47,395 bases of DNA. Source: Acidobacteriota bacterium. GTDB lineage: Bacteria; Acidobacteriota; Thermoanaerobaculia; Multivoradales; J023. The notes below the pieces were generated by a model. The model was not told the origin of the DNA. It did no database searches and worked only from the letters and a program-made list of their open reading frames with translations. Positions 21,144 to 29,725 of the stretch are shown here, piece by piece (the stretch's first letter is position 1; every line of letters starts with the position of its first letter). The stretch covers positions 1 to 47,395 of the forward strand of contig JBCBCF010000002.1 in assembly GCA_038530905.1 (NCBI GenBank), written 5' to 3'. The translations under genes were made by a program, and so were the position numbers.

Positions 21144-21207
21144 GCCGAGCGCCTCGGCGCCGCGTCGATCCTCGGTGCAGATCGACGCGGCAGATCACGA
21201 GAGACGA

Positions 21208-21666
21208 TCACCGGGGGCGATTCCCTCGCCGCGGCGGGCGCGGCAGCTCGTCGCCGGTGACGACGCCATCGCCGTCGCTGTCAAAACGATCGAAGGCCTC
21301 GCTCAGCATCGCGACCTCGAAGCGACTCGGAGCGTCGTCACCGCCGCGACGACCGAAGCCACGTCCGCCGCGACGGCCGGCTTCCTCACGCCGTGCGTTG
21401 ACCAGGGTCTCGATCTCGTCACGTTCGATCTGCCCGTCGTCGTTTGCGTCGAGGTCGGCGAGGACGTTGTCCCACTCTTCGCGGGTCACTTCTCGATCGC
21501 GATCTCGATCGGCGAGCCGAAACAGAAAGGCGCCGCGCTCAGGTCGGGCGTCGGTGGCGGTGTCGTCGGTCGGAGGGGCTGGCTCCTGCGCGCTCGCCCA
21601 GGCTGGAACGAAGAGGGCGAGCGACAGCATCAGCAGCAGGGGAAGCAGCCGGAGTTGGAAGATCAC
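21208..21666 (-). CDS. secreted EF-hand calcium-binding protein (3 loops)
   Basis: GTG 21664-21666 with AGGAG 9 nt upstream. Signal 'LLPLLLMLSLALFVPAWASA'. Loops 'DRDRDREVTREE', 'DANDDGQIERDE' and 'DSDGDGVVTGDE'. Confidence 0.7.
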   Translation of the reverse strand: MIFQLRLLPLLLMLSLALFVPAWASAQEPAPPTDDTATDARPERGAFLFRLADRDRDREVTREEWDNVLADLDANDDGQIERDEIETLVNARREEAGRRGGRGFGRRGGDDAPSRFEVAMLSEAFDRFDSDGDGVVTGDELPRPPRRGNRPR

Positions 21667-21765
21667 GGGGTCGGCTCCTGAGTGCAATGGGGGAGAGAAA
21701 GGCGGAGGCGAGGGTGCGCCGAGGCGCGCAACGCGAGTCGGCGGGACGGCGAGAGGGCCGACGCC

Positions 21766-21798
21766 GCCGAACGGCAGCGGCGCCGGCCAAGAACGCGC
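21766..21798 (-). terminator. 12-bp hairpin (one mismatch) after the large EF-hand gene
   Basis: ggccgacgccgc (21766-21777), 9-nt loop, gcggcgccggcc (21787-21798). It lies 10 nt past the stop at 21809 and has no U-tract. Confidence 0.3.
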
Positions 21799-21808
21799 GG
21801 CAACTTGG

Positions 21809-22780
21809 TCAGAAACGACCCCGATGCCGCGGGCGAAGCTCGTCGCGGGTGACGACGCCGTCGCCGTCGGCGTCGACGCGGTCGAAGAGGCCGGCCAGCC
21901 GGTCGACGTCGACCGAGCGCTCGCCGGCTCCGGGCCGGTCGGGCAGCTCGCGATCGGCGAAAGCAGCCAGCTCGGCGCCGGAGAGCATGCCGTCGGCGTC
22001 GGCGTCCGCGGCGTCGAGAAAGGCAGTCCACTCGCTGCGCTGGACCGCTCCGTCCCCGTCGACCTCGGCGAGGCGGAGCAGGCGGGCGCCGAAGCGGGCG
22101 CGCTGTCGAGGGTGCGGACCACCGCGGAGGCGGCGTGGTGGCATCTCGTCGGCGGTGATGGAGCCGTCACCGTTGCGGTCCAGCTGGTCATAGACCATCT
22201 GCAGCTCGACGATCTCGGTTGCGCCGTTGCCGTCGAGATCGAGAGGCCGCGGGCGGTCCGCTTCGCCATCGCGACCCGGACGGGCAGGACCCCGACGGTC
22301 GCCGCGGCGAGACTCGACGAGCGCGCGGATCTCGTCGTCGGCGACGGTGCCGTCGCCGTCAACGTCGAGCTCGGCGAGAAAGGCGCTCCATTCTTCGGGC
22401 GAGATGTCGCGGCTGCGATCGACGTCGGCGGCCCGCAGCATCAGGCCGGAGGCGCGCGGCGGCAGGGCGTCGAAGTCGTCCTCGGTGACAGCTCCGTCGT
22501 CGTTCCGGTCGAGGAATGCGAAGTGACGCGACTCGGCGGCGATCTCAGCGGCGGTGACTGCGCCGTTGCCGTCCGCGTCGAAGCGCTCGGCGAAGCGGTC
22601 CCAGCGGTCGAGATCCTGTTCGGGCGGCTGCGCGCCGACGGCCAGAGCGGAGAGCAGGCTCATCGCTACGAAGGCGACGAGAACAACGACATGAGTGAAC
22701 GTGAAGCGTGCGCCTCGGCCGCGCGTCGCAGATGAGTCTTGAAATGTGTTTTCAACACTGTCTTGGAATCGATGGGTCAT
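21809..22780 (-). CDS. secreted multi-EF-hand calcium-binding protein (9 DxDxDG-type loops)
   Basis: ATG 22778-22780 with GGAGA upstream. Signal 'VVVLVAFVAMSLLSALAVGA'. Loops include 'DADGNGAVTAAE', 'DRNDDGAVTEDD', 'DVDGDGTVADDE', 'DLDGNGATEIVE', 'DRNGDGSITADE', 'EVDGDGAVQRSE', 'DADADGMLSGAE' and 'DADGDGVVTRDE'. Confidence 0.8.
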   Translation of the reverse strand: MTHRFQDSVENTFQDSSATRGRGARFTFTHVVVLVAFVAMSLLSALAVGAQPPEQDLDRWDRFAERFDADGNGAVTAAEIAAESRHFAFLDRNDDGAVTEDDFDALPPRASGLMLRAADVDRSRDISPEEWSAFLAELDVDGDGTVADDEIRALVESRRGDRRGPARPGRDGEADRPRPLDLDGNGATEIVELQMVYDQLDRNGDGSITADEMPPRRLRGGPHPRQRARFGARLLRLAEVDGDGAVQRSEWTAFLDAADADADGMLSGAELAAFADRELPDRPGAGERSVDVDRLAGLFDRVDADGDGVVTRDELRPRHRGRF

Positions 22781-22925
22781 CGGGATTCTCCTGGTCGAGC
22801 GGCTCGTCCTTCGAGCCATCCCCATCCTAGGAAGCGGTCGTGTTCGAGTCTTCAGCAGCACGCAAGAACTTCGTCAAGGGTGTAAAGCTGGTCGCCGCCC
22901 GCCCGGCAGATGGTCCGAAGGTCCC

Positions 22926-22931
22926 TATACT
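22926..22931 (+). promoter_or_regulatory. -10 box TATACT, 6 nt before GTG 22938 (leaderless-type)
   Basis: cccTATACTgagttgGTG, with no Shine-Dalgarno. Confidence 0.35.
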
Positions 22932-22937
22932 GAGTTG

Positions 22938-24824
22938 GTGAGATTGTCGTGGCTCGCCCGCCGCTCTGGCCTGCTGCCCTGGCTTGCGTTAGGGCTGCTG
23001 CTCGCTCTCCTGGGCGTGCTGGCCGTGCTGCAGTTTCGGTGGCTCGGCGAGGCGGCCAGGGCCGATCGGCTGCGGACGGCCGCCAGCCTGCGCGCCGGCG
23101 CCGTCGATTTCGCGCGGGATGCCGAACGCGAGTTGATCCGCCCGGTGCTGGAGCTGCTGCCCGAGATCGTACGGAGCGACGGCTGGCACGGCGATGAGAA
23201 CCAGCTCGCCGCAGCGCTGGCCGCGGGGCGTCAGCGCTGGCGGTGGACAGCGCCCGATCCCGAGCTACTGGCCTCGATCGAGGTCCTGATGCCTCTCCCC
23301 GATGGCAAAGGCGCGCACCTGTCGTTGAGGCCGAACGGCCGGCTCGAGCCGCATGCCGGTGGCCCGCTCGCGTCGCTGTGGTCCGATGGTGGCGTCTCGG
23401 CCTGGTCGGGTCTCGCGGGTCGGCGGTTGCGCTCTAGACTCCTTGGAGTGCGACTTGTCGACGACGCACCGGTTCTCGTGTTGCCGATGGGCGGCGCGCG
23501 CAGCGGGCCGCGAGAAGAAGTCGATGCGACGGTCGATGGCGACGAGGATGAGTTGCCTGACGCCAATCGCAATGCGAACCCGGAGCGCTTCGCTCGTCGC
23601 TGGCTGCGGTCGCGGACGCGCGGCCGCGCCGGCGGAGGGCTCCTGGTCGTGCGCCTCGATGGGGATGCGGTGCGGGGTCGGCTGCTGCCGGAGCTGGCGA
23701 ACCGGCACTTTCGCACCGGTGACGGTGAGCTGGGTGCTTCCGTGCGCCTGCGGGTCGACGGGACCGCCTGGTGGTCGATCGGTGGCGCGGAACCGGTCGA
23801 GGCGACGAACGTCCGTTCGACCCCGGGGCCGCCTCCCGACGTGGTCGTGTCTCTCTTCGATCGCGGTCCGGATGCTCGTGCGTCGCCGCGGCTCGGGCCA
23901 CCAAGCGGCCGGCTTCGGCCGATGGCGCTCGGCCCGCCAGCAGCGGCATGGAGCCTCGAGGTCAACCATCCGTCGGGATCGCTCGATGTCGCGGTGCGGC
24001 GCGCGCGCCGCGGCAGCTTCGCGCTCGGTCTGGCGATCTTGGCTCTGCTCGGTCTTGCCGCGGTCTTTTTGGCGCTCGGCGCGGCGCGCGCGCGTGCGCT
24101 GGCGGCGCGCCAGCTCGACTTCGTTGCAGGCATGACGCACGAGCTGCTGACGCCGCTGGCCGCCCTGCGCTCGGCCGGACAGAATCTCGCCGACGGGGTC
24201 GTCAACGATCCTGCGCAGGTGGCGCGCTATGGCGAGCTGGTCGAGCGCGAGGGTCGGCGGCTGTCGGATCTCGTGCAGCAGGTCCTGGCCTTCGCCGGAG
24301 TGTCGAGCCGGCAGCTCCGCTATCGACCGCAGCCGGTCGCTCTTGCGGCGGCGGTGCGCGACGTGCTGGCGGCTCTCGGCCCTGCCATCGAAGCTGCCAA
24401 CGTCGCGGTCGACGTCGACGTGTCAGCGGATCTTCCGGCGGTCGAAGTCGATCGCGAGGGTCTCGATCGGGCGCTTTCTAATCTGATCGCCAACGCGCTC
24501 AAACACGGCCAGAGCGAAGATGGCTCTGGCTGGCTGCGGATCGCCGCTGCACGCCGAGGCGGGCGGATCGCGGTCGAAGTGGTGGATCGGGGCCCCGGCC
24601 TAGATCCACGCGACCGTGGCCGGATCTTCGAGCCGTTTGTTCGCGGGCGCGGCAAGACCGCCAGCGCCACGCCGGGCGGCGGGCTGGGTTTGGCGTTGGT
24701 GCACCATTTCGCGGTCGGCCATCGGGGCCGTGTCCGCGTCGGCCCAGGAGCGGACGGCCGAGGTGTGACGTTCACCCTCGAGCTGCCGATTGCGGCAGCC
24801 GTGGGCGCATTTTCGGAGGCTTGA
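22938..24824 (+). CDS. sensor histidine kinase (HisKA + HATPase_c) with large N-terminal sensing region
   Basis: H-box 'FVAGMTHELLTPLAALRSAGQNL', N-box 'LSNLIANALKHG', G1 'VVDRGPGLDP' and G2 'GGGLGLALV'. N-terminal TM 'LLPWLALGLLLALLGVLAVL'. The start (GTG 22938) is inferred. Confidence 0.8.
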   Translation: MRLSWLARRSGLLPWLALGLLLALLGVLAVLQFRWLGEAARADRLRTAASLRAGAVDFARDAERELIRPVLELLPEIVRSDGWHGDENQLAAALAAGRQRWRWTAPDPELLASIEVLMPLPDGKGAHLSLRPNGRLEPHAGGPLASLWSDGGVSAWSGLAGRRLRSRLLGVRLVDDAPVLVLPMGGARSGPREEVDATVDGDEDELPDANRNANPERFARRWLRSRTRGRAGGGLLVVRLDGDAVRGRLLPELANRHFRTGDGELGASVRLRVDGTAWWSIGGAEPVEATNVRSTPGPPPDVVVSLFDRGPDARASPRLGPPSGRLRPMALGPPAAAWSLEVNHPSGSLDVAVRRARRGSFALGLAILALLGLAAVFLALGAARARALAARQLDFVAGMTHELLTPLAALRSAGQNLADGVVNDPAQVARYGELVEREGRRLSDLVQQVLAFAGVSSRQLRYRPQPVALAAAVRDVLAALGPAIEAANVAVDVDVSADLPAVEVDREGLDRALSNLIANALKHGQSEDGSGWLRIAAARRGGRIAVEVVDRGPGLDPRDRGRIFEPFVRGRGKTASATPGGGLGLALVHHFAVGHRGRVRVGPGADGRGVTFTLELPIAAAVGAFSEA

Positions 24825-24825
24825 C

Positions 24826-25515
24826 GTGGTTGGAGCCAGAATCCTGCTGATCGAAGACGAACCGAGTCTCCTGCTCACCCTCGGTGATCGGCTGCGCGGC
24901 GAGGGGGCGGAGGTCGCGATCGCGGAGGACGGTGTCGCTGGCGAGGCGGCGGCGGCGGCCGGCGGCTTCGATCTTGTCGTTCTCGACCTCAATCTACCCT
25001 CGAAGGGCGGCCTCGACGTGTGCCGAGATCTGCGCGCTCAGGGGGTCGAGGTGCCGATCCTGATGCTGACCGCCCGCGGCGAGACGATCGACAAGGTTGT
25101 CGGACTGCGCCTGGGCGCCGACGACTATCTCGCCAAGCCGTTCGAGATGGTCGAGCTCTTGGCCCGCGTCGACGCGCTCTTGCGCCGTCGACGCTCGATG
25201 CCGAGCGGCGGTGAGCGTGCGCACTTCGGGGACGTCCGGCTGGATCGGACCGCCGCCACGGTCACCAAAGGCAGCGAGCCGGTGGAGCTGTCCGCTCTCG
25301 AGATGCGCCTCCTCGAATACTTCGTGGCGCATCCTGACGAGGTTCTGAGCCGCGATCGACTGCTGAACGAGGTCTGGGGCTACGACGCGACGCCGGTGAC
25401 CCGGACCGTCGATGTGCATGTCGCCTCGCTCCGTCAGAAGCTCGAAGACGTTCCATCCAAGCCGCGCCATCTGCTGACGGTCCACGGGCGCGGCTATAAA
25501 TTCATCGCGGACTGA
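24826..25515 (+). CDS. OmpR/PhoB-family response regulator
   Basis: 'ILLIEDE', 'DLVVLDLNLP', 'LMLTARG' and 'YLAKPF', plus winged helix 'RTVDVHVASLRQKLE..TVHGRGYKF'. GTG 24826 lies 1 nt after the HK stop, with GGAGG 7 nt upstream. Confidence 0.85.
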   Translation: MVGARILLIEDEPSLLLTLGDRLRGEGAEVAIAEDGVAGEAAAAAGGFDLVVLDLNLPSKGGLDVCRDLRAQGVEVPILMLTARGETIDKVVGLRLGADDYLAKPFEMVELLARVDALLRRRRSMPSGGERAHFGDVRLDRTAATVTKGSEPVELSALEMRLLEYFVAHPDEVLSRDRLLNEVWGYDATPVTRTVDVHVASLRQKLEDVPSKPRHLLTVHGRGYKFIAD

Positions 25516-25520
25516 AGCCG

Positions 25521-25554
25521 CCGCGCCGGCAGGTCGTCAAGACCGCCGGCGCGG
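25521..25554. terminator. bidirectional hairpin between convergent genes
   Basis: ccgcgccggcaggtc / gaccgccggcgcgg: a 14-bp stem with one bulged A and loop gtcaa. It sits between the RR stop (25515) and the stop of the minus-strand gene (25562). Confidence 0.5.
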
Positions 25555-25561
25555 ATCGGGG

Positions 25562-26380
25562 TCAAGGCTCCGGCAGCGTGAACGGCACCGGCTCCGGCGA
25601 GGTGTAGACCGCGTCCGGTAGATCATCGAAGACGCCGATCGGCGTCAGGTCGCGCGACGTGCCGCCTTCACCGAGCTGGACGCGCGTGCCGGCCAGCATG
25701 ATGTCGCCGTACTCCCGCCAGTCGGTCCAGTCCCAGGCGGTCGGCTCGCGATCGGCCTCCCAGCTCTCGAGGTGATACGCCCAGCGGCTCATCAGGCCGG
25801 ACTCGGGATCGAACCATGCCCAATAGGTGTCGCCGGGGGTCAGGCCGACCTCGCCGAAGGTGAGGCGGATCTTCTCGAGCTCGGTGCCGTCAACCGTCTC
25901 GCGGCCTTCGTAGGCTAGATGAACGCCGGGATCGAGAACTTTGTAGGGCATCACGAGCCAATAGACATCGTTGATCCAGGCGCCGTAGGCACGCTCCAGC
26001 CATTCGGCCGCGGCGTCACCCGCGAGGAGCTCACCGTCGAGAAAGACCTGCCCGGTGCGGCTGTTGACGTTGTGGAGCACAACGTAGTTCTGACCCTCGC
26101 GGGTGGCGCCTTCGAGTCGATGGCGGCCGGTCTCACGATCCCAGGCGTGGCGTCGGAAGTCGAAGAAATCGAAAACCAGGTGGCGGCTGGCGGCCCAGGC
26201 GTCGGCGCCGCCCATGCCGTCGAGAGCCTTCTGGGCGATCTCGACCGCTTTCGGGTCGCGGGTCTCCGAGTCGGAGGAGGCGGCAGCAGTGACGGGGAGG
26301 AGGAGGCAGAGCAGCGCAGCGGCGAGTGCGAACCGATGGTGCACACCAGTACGGTGAGGACGGGCGAGGGGATCCATCAT
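25562..26380 (-). CDS. hypothetical secreted protein
   Basis: ATG 26378-26380 with GGAG 5 nt upstream. Signal 'FALAAALLCLLLPVTAAAS'. Trp/Asp-rich mature part. I recognise no family. Confidence 0.55.
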   Translation of the reverse strand: MMDPLARPHRTGVHHRFALAAALLCLLLPVTAAASSDSETRDPKAVEIAQKALDGMGGADAWAASRHLVFDFFDFRRHAWDRETGRHRLEGATREGQNYVVLHNVNSRTGQVFLDGELLAGDAAAEWLERAYGAWINDVYWLVMPYKVLDPGVHLAYEGRETVDGTELEKIRLTFGEVGLTPGDTYWAWFDPESGLMSRWAYHLESWEADREPTAWDWTDWREYGDIMLAGTRVQLGEGGTSRDLTPIGVFDDLPDAVYTSPEPVPFTLPEP

Positions 26381-26479
26381 GGGGTCTCCAGGGCTGGCCG
26401 GCGATGTCGAGAGGCAGCGACCGGCAGAATGAGCGGTGATACGATCCCCTTCGCTTCCGAGCCTTCCGGAGATTCGTTC

Positions 26480-27082
26480 ATGTCGCTTCTCGACTATCCC
26501 GCCCTGATCCAGGACGCGCTGCGCGACGTGGTGCGCCGGACGCTGACGCTCGTTGCGCAGCACGGAATTCCGGATCGCCACCACTTCTACATCACCTACC
26601 GAACGGACGCCGAGGGGGTCGTGCTGGCCGAATCGTTGCGCCAGCAATACCCGGAAGAGATCACCATCGTGCTGCAGCACGACTTCCGGGATCTCGACGT
26701 CGATCGGGCGGGATTCGCGGTGACGCTGCGCTTCGGCGGTGTGCCGCATCGGGTGGTGGTGCCGTTCGCGGCGATGATCGGCTTCTACGATCCCTCGGAG
26801 CAGTTCTTGTTGCGCTTCGACGCCGGCTCCGAGGCGGCGGAGGTCGGCGACACGACGGCTTCCGGCCTGCGCCCCACCGGCGCGCCGGTTCTCCGCGAGG
26901 CGACGCCGCTCGATCCGGCGCCCGCCGCCGCGGACGTCGACGAGATGGCGTCCGCCTTCGTCGGCCCGAGGAAAGACGCGACGGGAGAGAAGGTGCCGGA
27001 AGACGAGGTCGCGGGGACCGATCCCGAGCGGCTGCCAGCCGACACCAACGTGGTCTCCTTCGACAGCTTCCGTCGGCGCTGA
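26480..27082 (+). CDS. sspB: SspB-like ClpXP adaptor (alphaproteobacterial-type stringent starvation protein B homologue)
   Basis: 'DYPALIQDALRDVVRRTL..HHFYITYRTDAEGVVLAESLRQQYPEEITIVLQHDFRDLDVD..FAVTLRFGGVPHRVVVPFAAMIGFYDPS' parallels Caulobacter SspB (recalled). It has a disordered linker and ends 'VVSFDSFRRR'. GGAG lies 9 nt upstream. Confidence 0.65.
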   Translation: MSLLDYPALIQDALRDVVRRTLTLVAQHGIPDRHHFYITYRTDAEGVVLAESLRQQYPEEITIVLQHDFRDLDVDRAGFAVTLRFGGVPHRVVVPFAAMIGFYDPSEQFLLRFDAGSEAAEVGDTTASGLRPTGAPVLREATPLDPAPAAADVDEMASAFVGPRKDATGEKVPEDEVAGTDPERLPADTNVVSFDSFRRR

Positions 27083-27100
27083 CGCTGCGCCGAGGTCCCC

Positions 27101-27985
27101 GTGTCGCTCCTCGGACTTCTTTATTACCTGTCACCCGTGCTGACGGTGGTGGCGGTGATCGACATCCTCCGCACGCGTTCAGAGTGGTGGTGGGTGCTGA
27201 TCGTCCTGTTTTTTCAGCCTTTCGGTCCGCTGATCTACTTTGCTTTGTCGTACGGCCCGTGGTCGACGGCGGGGAGCGTGCGCCAGCTGTCGCCGGCCGC
27301 CGCGCGCCGCGCTCAGGCGCGCCGCCAGCTGCGTGATTTGCAGGTGCAGCTTGGTCATTGGCGCGGACCCGCCGTGCTCGCCGAGGCCGGCGAGCAGTGG
27401 ATGACGCTCGGCAAGATGGATGCTGCCGAGTCTCATCTGCGCGAGGCGCACGAGGCCGGCGCCAAGCCCAAGGACGTGAGCTTCAACTTCGCGCAGGTTC
27501 TGCAGGTGCGCGGCGGTCGCTATGCCGAGTCTCTGCCGCGGCTCGAGGAGTTGATCGCCGTCGAGCCCGATGCGCGCTTCGGCGTCGCCCGTCTGGCGCT
27601 CGCCCGAGCGCTCGACGAAACGGGCGATGACGCGCGGGCCGAAGAGGAGCTCCGAGCGGTCCTCGCCAAGCGCAGCCCGCCCGAAGCCAAAGTGCGGCTC
27701 GCACGGCTTCTGCTGCGCCGCGGAGACGGGGAAGAGGCCCGCCGGCTGCTCGACGAGGTGCAACGGGACGCGGCCACAATGCCCGCGTATCTCAAGCGCG
27801 AACACGGCCCGTGGATCCGCGCAGCGCGGCGAGTCCGGTCGGGCACCGAGGCGGTGCCGAAGCCGCGGCTTGAAGGCGCGCCGCCGCGCGGCCGTCTGTG
27901 GGTGGCTTTGGCCGTCTCTCTCGGCGTGCTGTTGGTTCTCTTCGCGCTCTACGGCTATGGCTTCGTGAACCTGCCGTTCGGCTGA
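27101..27985 (+). CDS. membrane protein: PLDc_N-type N-terminal 2-TM domain + TPR repeats + C-terminal TM
   Basis: 'LSPVLTVVAVIDILRTRSEWWWVLIVLFFQPFGPLIYFAL' matches the PLD-nuclease N-terminal (PLDc_N) pattern. The middle is TPR-like helical repeats, and the C-terminal TM is 'LWVALAVSLGVLLVLFALYGY'. GTG start lies 18 nt after the sspB stop. Confidence 0.6.
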   Translation: MSLLGLLYYLSPVLTVVAVIDILRTRSEWWWVLIVLFFQPFGPLIYFALSYGPWSTAGSVRQLSPAAARRAQARRQLRDLQVQLGHWRGPAVLAEAGEQWMTLGKMDAAESHLREAHEAGAKPKDVSFNFAQVLQVRGGRYAESLPRLEELIAVEPDARFGVARLALARALDETGDDARAEEELRAVLAKRSPPEAKVRLARLLLRRGDGEEARRLLDEVQRDAATMPAYLKREHGPWIRAARRVRSGTEAVPKPRLEGAPPRGRLWVALAVSLGVLLVLFALYGYGFVNLPFG

Positions 27986-28001
27986 GCGGCATCGTCAGCG
28001 G

Positions 28002-29039
28002 ATGAAACTCCTCGCCAGCTACGACGAGGTGGTCGATCGGCTCGGCCCGTCGCGTGCCCTGCTGCTCGGCAATGGCTTCAGCATCGGTTTCGACGACCGC
28101 TTTCGCTACCGTGCTCTGCGCGAGCGCACCAACCTCGAGCTGCCGGAGATCGCCCGCGATCTTTTCGAGCGTCTGGGAACCTCCAGCTTCGAGGTCGTCA
28201 TGGAGGTGCTCGAGAGCGCCGGCTGGGTCAACCGGCACTACGGCGGAGCGCAGGTCGACCCGCAGATCGACGACGACGTCGCCGCCACGCGCCACGCGAT
28301 GGTGGCAGCAATCGAGCAGGACCACGTGCCGGGCCTCGGCCACGGCGCAGAGCGCGAGGGGGACACGATGTCGACACGGGTCGATGTGGTCGCGGACTTC
28401 CTCGATCGCTTCGACCGGGTCTTCACGACCAACTACGATCTCCTGCTCTACTGGTGCTGTCTGGCGGCCCACCAGCGGGGACGTTCCCGCTGGCGTGATG
28501 GCTTCCTGCGGCGCCAGGGTGACGCCTTTGGGACCTTCACGCCCGATCTCGACGTCCGTCTTTTCTTTCTGCATGGCGCGCTCCATCTCTACGAGCACGC
28601 GATGAGTCATGGCGGCGACCTCACGGCGCGCAAGCGCGTGCGGTCCGAAGAACGAAGTCTGCGCGACCTGGTCCGGGAGATGATCGGCGAGAAGTCTTTC
28701 CCCCTCGTCATCGCTGAGGGGTCGGCGGAGCGCAAGCTGCAGCGCATCCGCGCCAATCGCTACCTGTCGGCTGCGTTCGACGCGTTCGGCCGCCTCGAGG
28801 GCGACCTGGTCGTCTATGGCCATCGGCTCGGTCTGAGCGACCGCCACCTGCTGCGGGCGATGATCGACGCAGAGGCGCTCGAGACGCTGTTCGTCGGCCT
28901 GTACGATGACCCCGAGTCGCCAGGGAACCTCGAGACGCGAGCGGCGATCGCGCGCCTCGAGCAGGAGGCGGGAGATCAGGCTCCGGAGACGTTCTTTTTC
29001 CCGTCGCAGACCGCGCCGGTCTGGACGCGCCCGGACTGA
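28002..29039 (+). CDS. stand-alone SIR2-like protein (DUF4917-type)
   Basis: 345 aa. It has 'LLLGNGFS' (aa 20-27), 'FTTNYDLLLYW' (aa 141-151) and 'FFLHGALH' (aa 188-195), i.e. Gly loop, TxNxD and HG in SIR2/SIR2_2 order and spacing. It starts 16 nt after the TPR gene stop. Confidence 0.55.
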   Translation: MKLLASYDEVVDRLGPSRALLLGNGFSIGFDDRFRYRALRERTNLELPEIARDLFERLGTSSFEVVMEVLESAGWVNRHYGGAQVDPQIDDDVAATRHAMVAAIEQDHVPGLGHGAEREGDTMSTRVDVVADFLDRFDRVFTTNYDLLLYWCCLAAHQRGRSRWRDGFLRRQGDAFGTFTPDLDVRLFFLHGALHLYEHAMSHGGDLTARKRVRSEERSLRDLVREMIGEKSFPLVIAEGSAERKLQRIRANRYLSAAFDAFGRLEGDLVVYGHRLGLSDRHLLRAMIDAEALETLFVGLYDDPESPGNLETRAAIARLEQEAGDQAPETFFFPSQTAPVWTRPD

Positions 29040-29066
29040 AGCTCTGGCTGCGGAACGTTCGGCGAC

Positions 29067-29567
29067 TCAGCCGCGCGCGCCCTCGCGCCGACGCCGACGG
29101 CCGCCGGTGCCGCGAATCCGGTCGAGCGCGCGCTGGCCGCCGAAGCGCGCCACGATGCGGTCGTCGTAGCGATCCGAGATCTCGGCGACCGCGGCCACGG
29201 CATGGAACAGACTCTGCCGCTCGAGGTCGTCGGCGAAGAGCGTGTGTGAGAAGAAGATGTCGCGGCCGACGACCGAGAACGCGCCGAAGGGCAGCGTGTG
29301 GTTCGCCTCGAGCAATGCGGTCGCAAGCTCCTCGTCGACCTCGGCGCCCTGGACGCAATAGGCCATGATCACGATCGTCGTGCCGTCGGCGACCTCGATG
29401 TCCTCACCGCGATGCTCCTCCGCACCGATCTCGAGCACCGTCGAGCCGTAGCTGACGTAGAACTGCCCCTCCTCCTCGATGACCTCGTCGAAGAGTTCGG
29501 CGAGGTAGACGCCGAGCCTGCGCTCGAGCTCGGGATCGCTGGTGTCGCGTTCGGAATCGGTCGTCAT
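29067..29567 (-). CDS. YbjN-family (T3SS-chaperone-like fold) protein
   Basis: ATG 29565-29567 (MTTDSERD...). 'QFYVSYGSTVLEIG', 'TTIVIMAYCVQG', 'LLEANHTLPFGAFSVVGRDIFFSHTLFADDLE' and 'ISDRYDDRIVARFGG' fit the YbjN pattern, followed by a basic tail. Confidence 0.5.
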   Translation of the reverse strand: MTTDSERDTSDPELERRLGVYLAELFDEVIEEEGQFYVSYGSTVLEIGAEEHRGEDIEVADGTTIVIMAYCVQGAEVDEELATALLEANHTLPFGAFSVVGRDIFFSHTLFADDLERQSLFHAVAAVAEISDRYDDRIVARFGGQRALDRIRGTGGRRRRREGARG

Positions 29568-29711
29568 GAGAGCCGCCGCTGGTCCGGAGGTGGGCAGAGA
29601 GCGAGCCGCGATCGGCCCGAAGAGGGCGCCCAGGATACCCGACGGACGGGTGCCGCGCGAGGCGGTTCTTGAGGTCATCTTTCCCCGGACTACCGCCTCG
29701 CTACCGTCTGC

Positions 29712-29717
29712 TACGAT
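29712..29717 (+). promoter_or_regulatory. -10 box TACGAT, 8 nt before uvrA ATG 29726 (leaderless-type)
   Basis: gcTACGATccgccgccATG, with no Shine-Dalgarno. Confidence 0.35.
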
Positions 29718-29725
29718 CCGCCGCC

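Noticed and set aside
20687-22735. 682-aa plus-strand ORF across the SDR 3' end and both EF-hand genes
   Set aside because: Ser/Arg/Ala/Pro low complexity. The minus strand encodes regular 12-residue EF-hand loops with signal peptides and RBSs.
21208-22861. Highly repetitive DNA that might be mistaken for a repeat array
   Set aside because: The periodicity comes from in-frame EF-hand loop codons (gac..gac..ggc) with irregular spacing. There is no constant repeat/spacer structure and no cas genes in the window, so this is not a CRISPR array.
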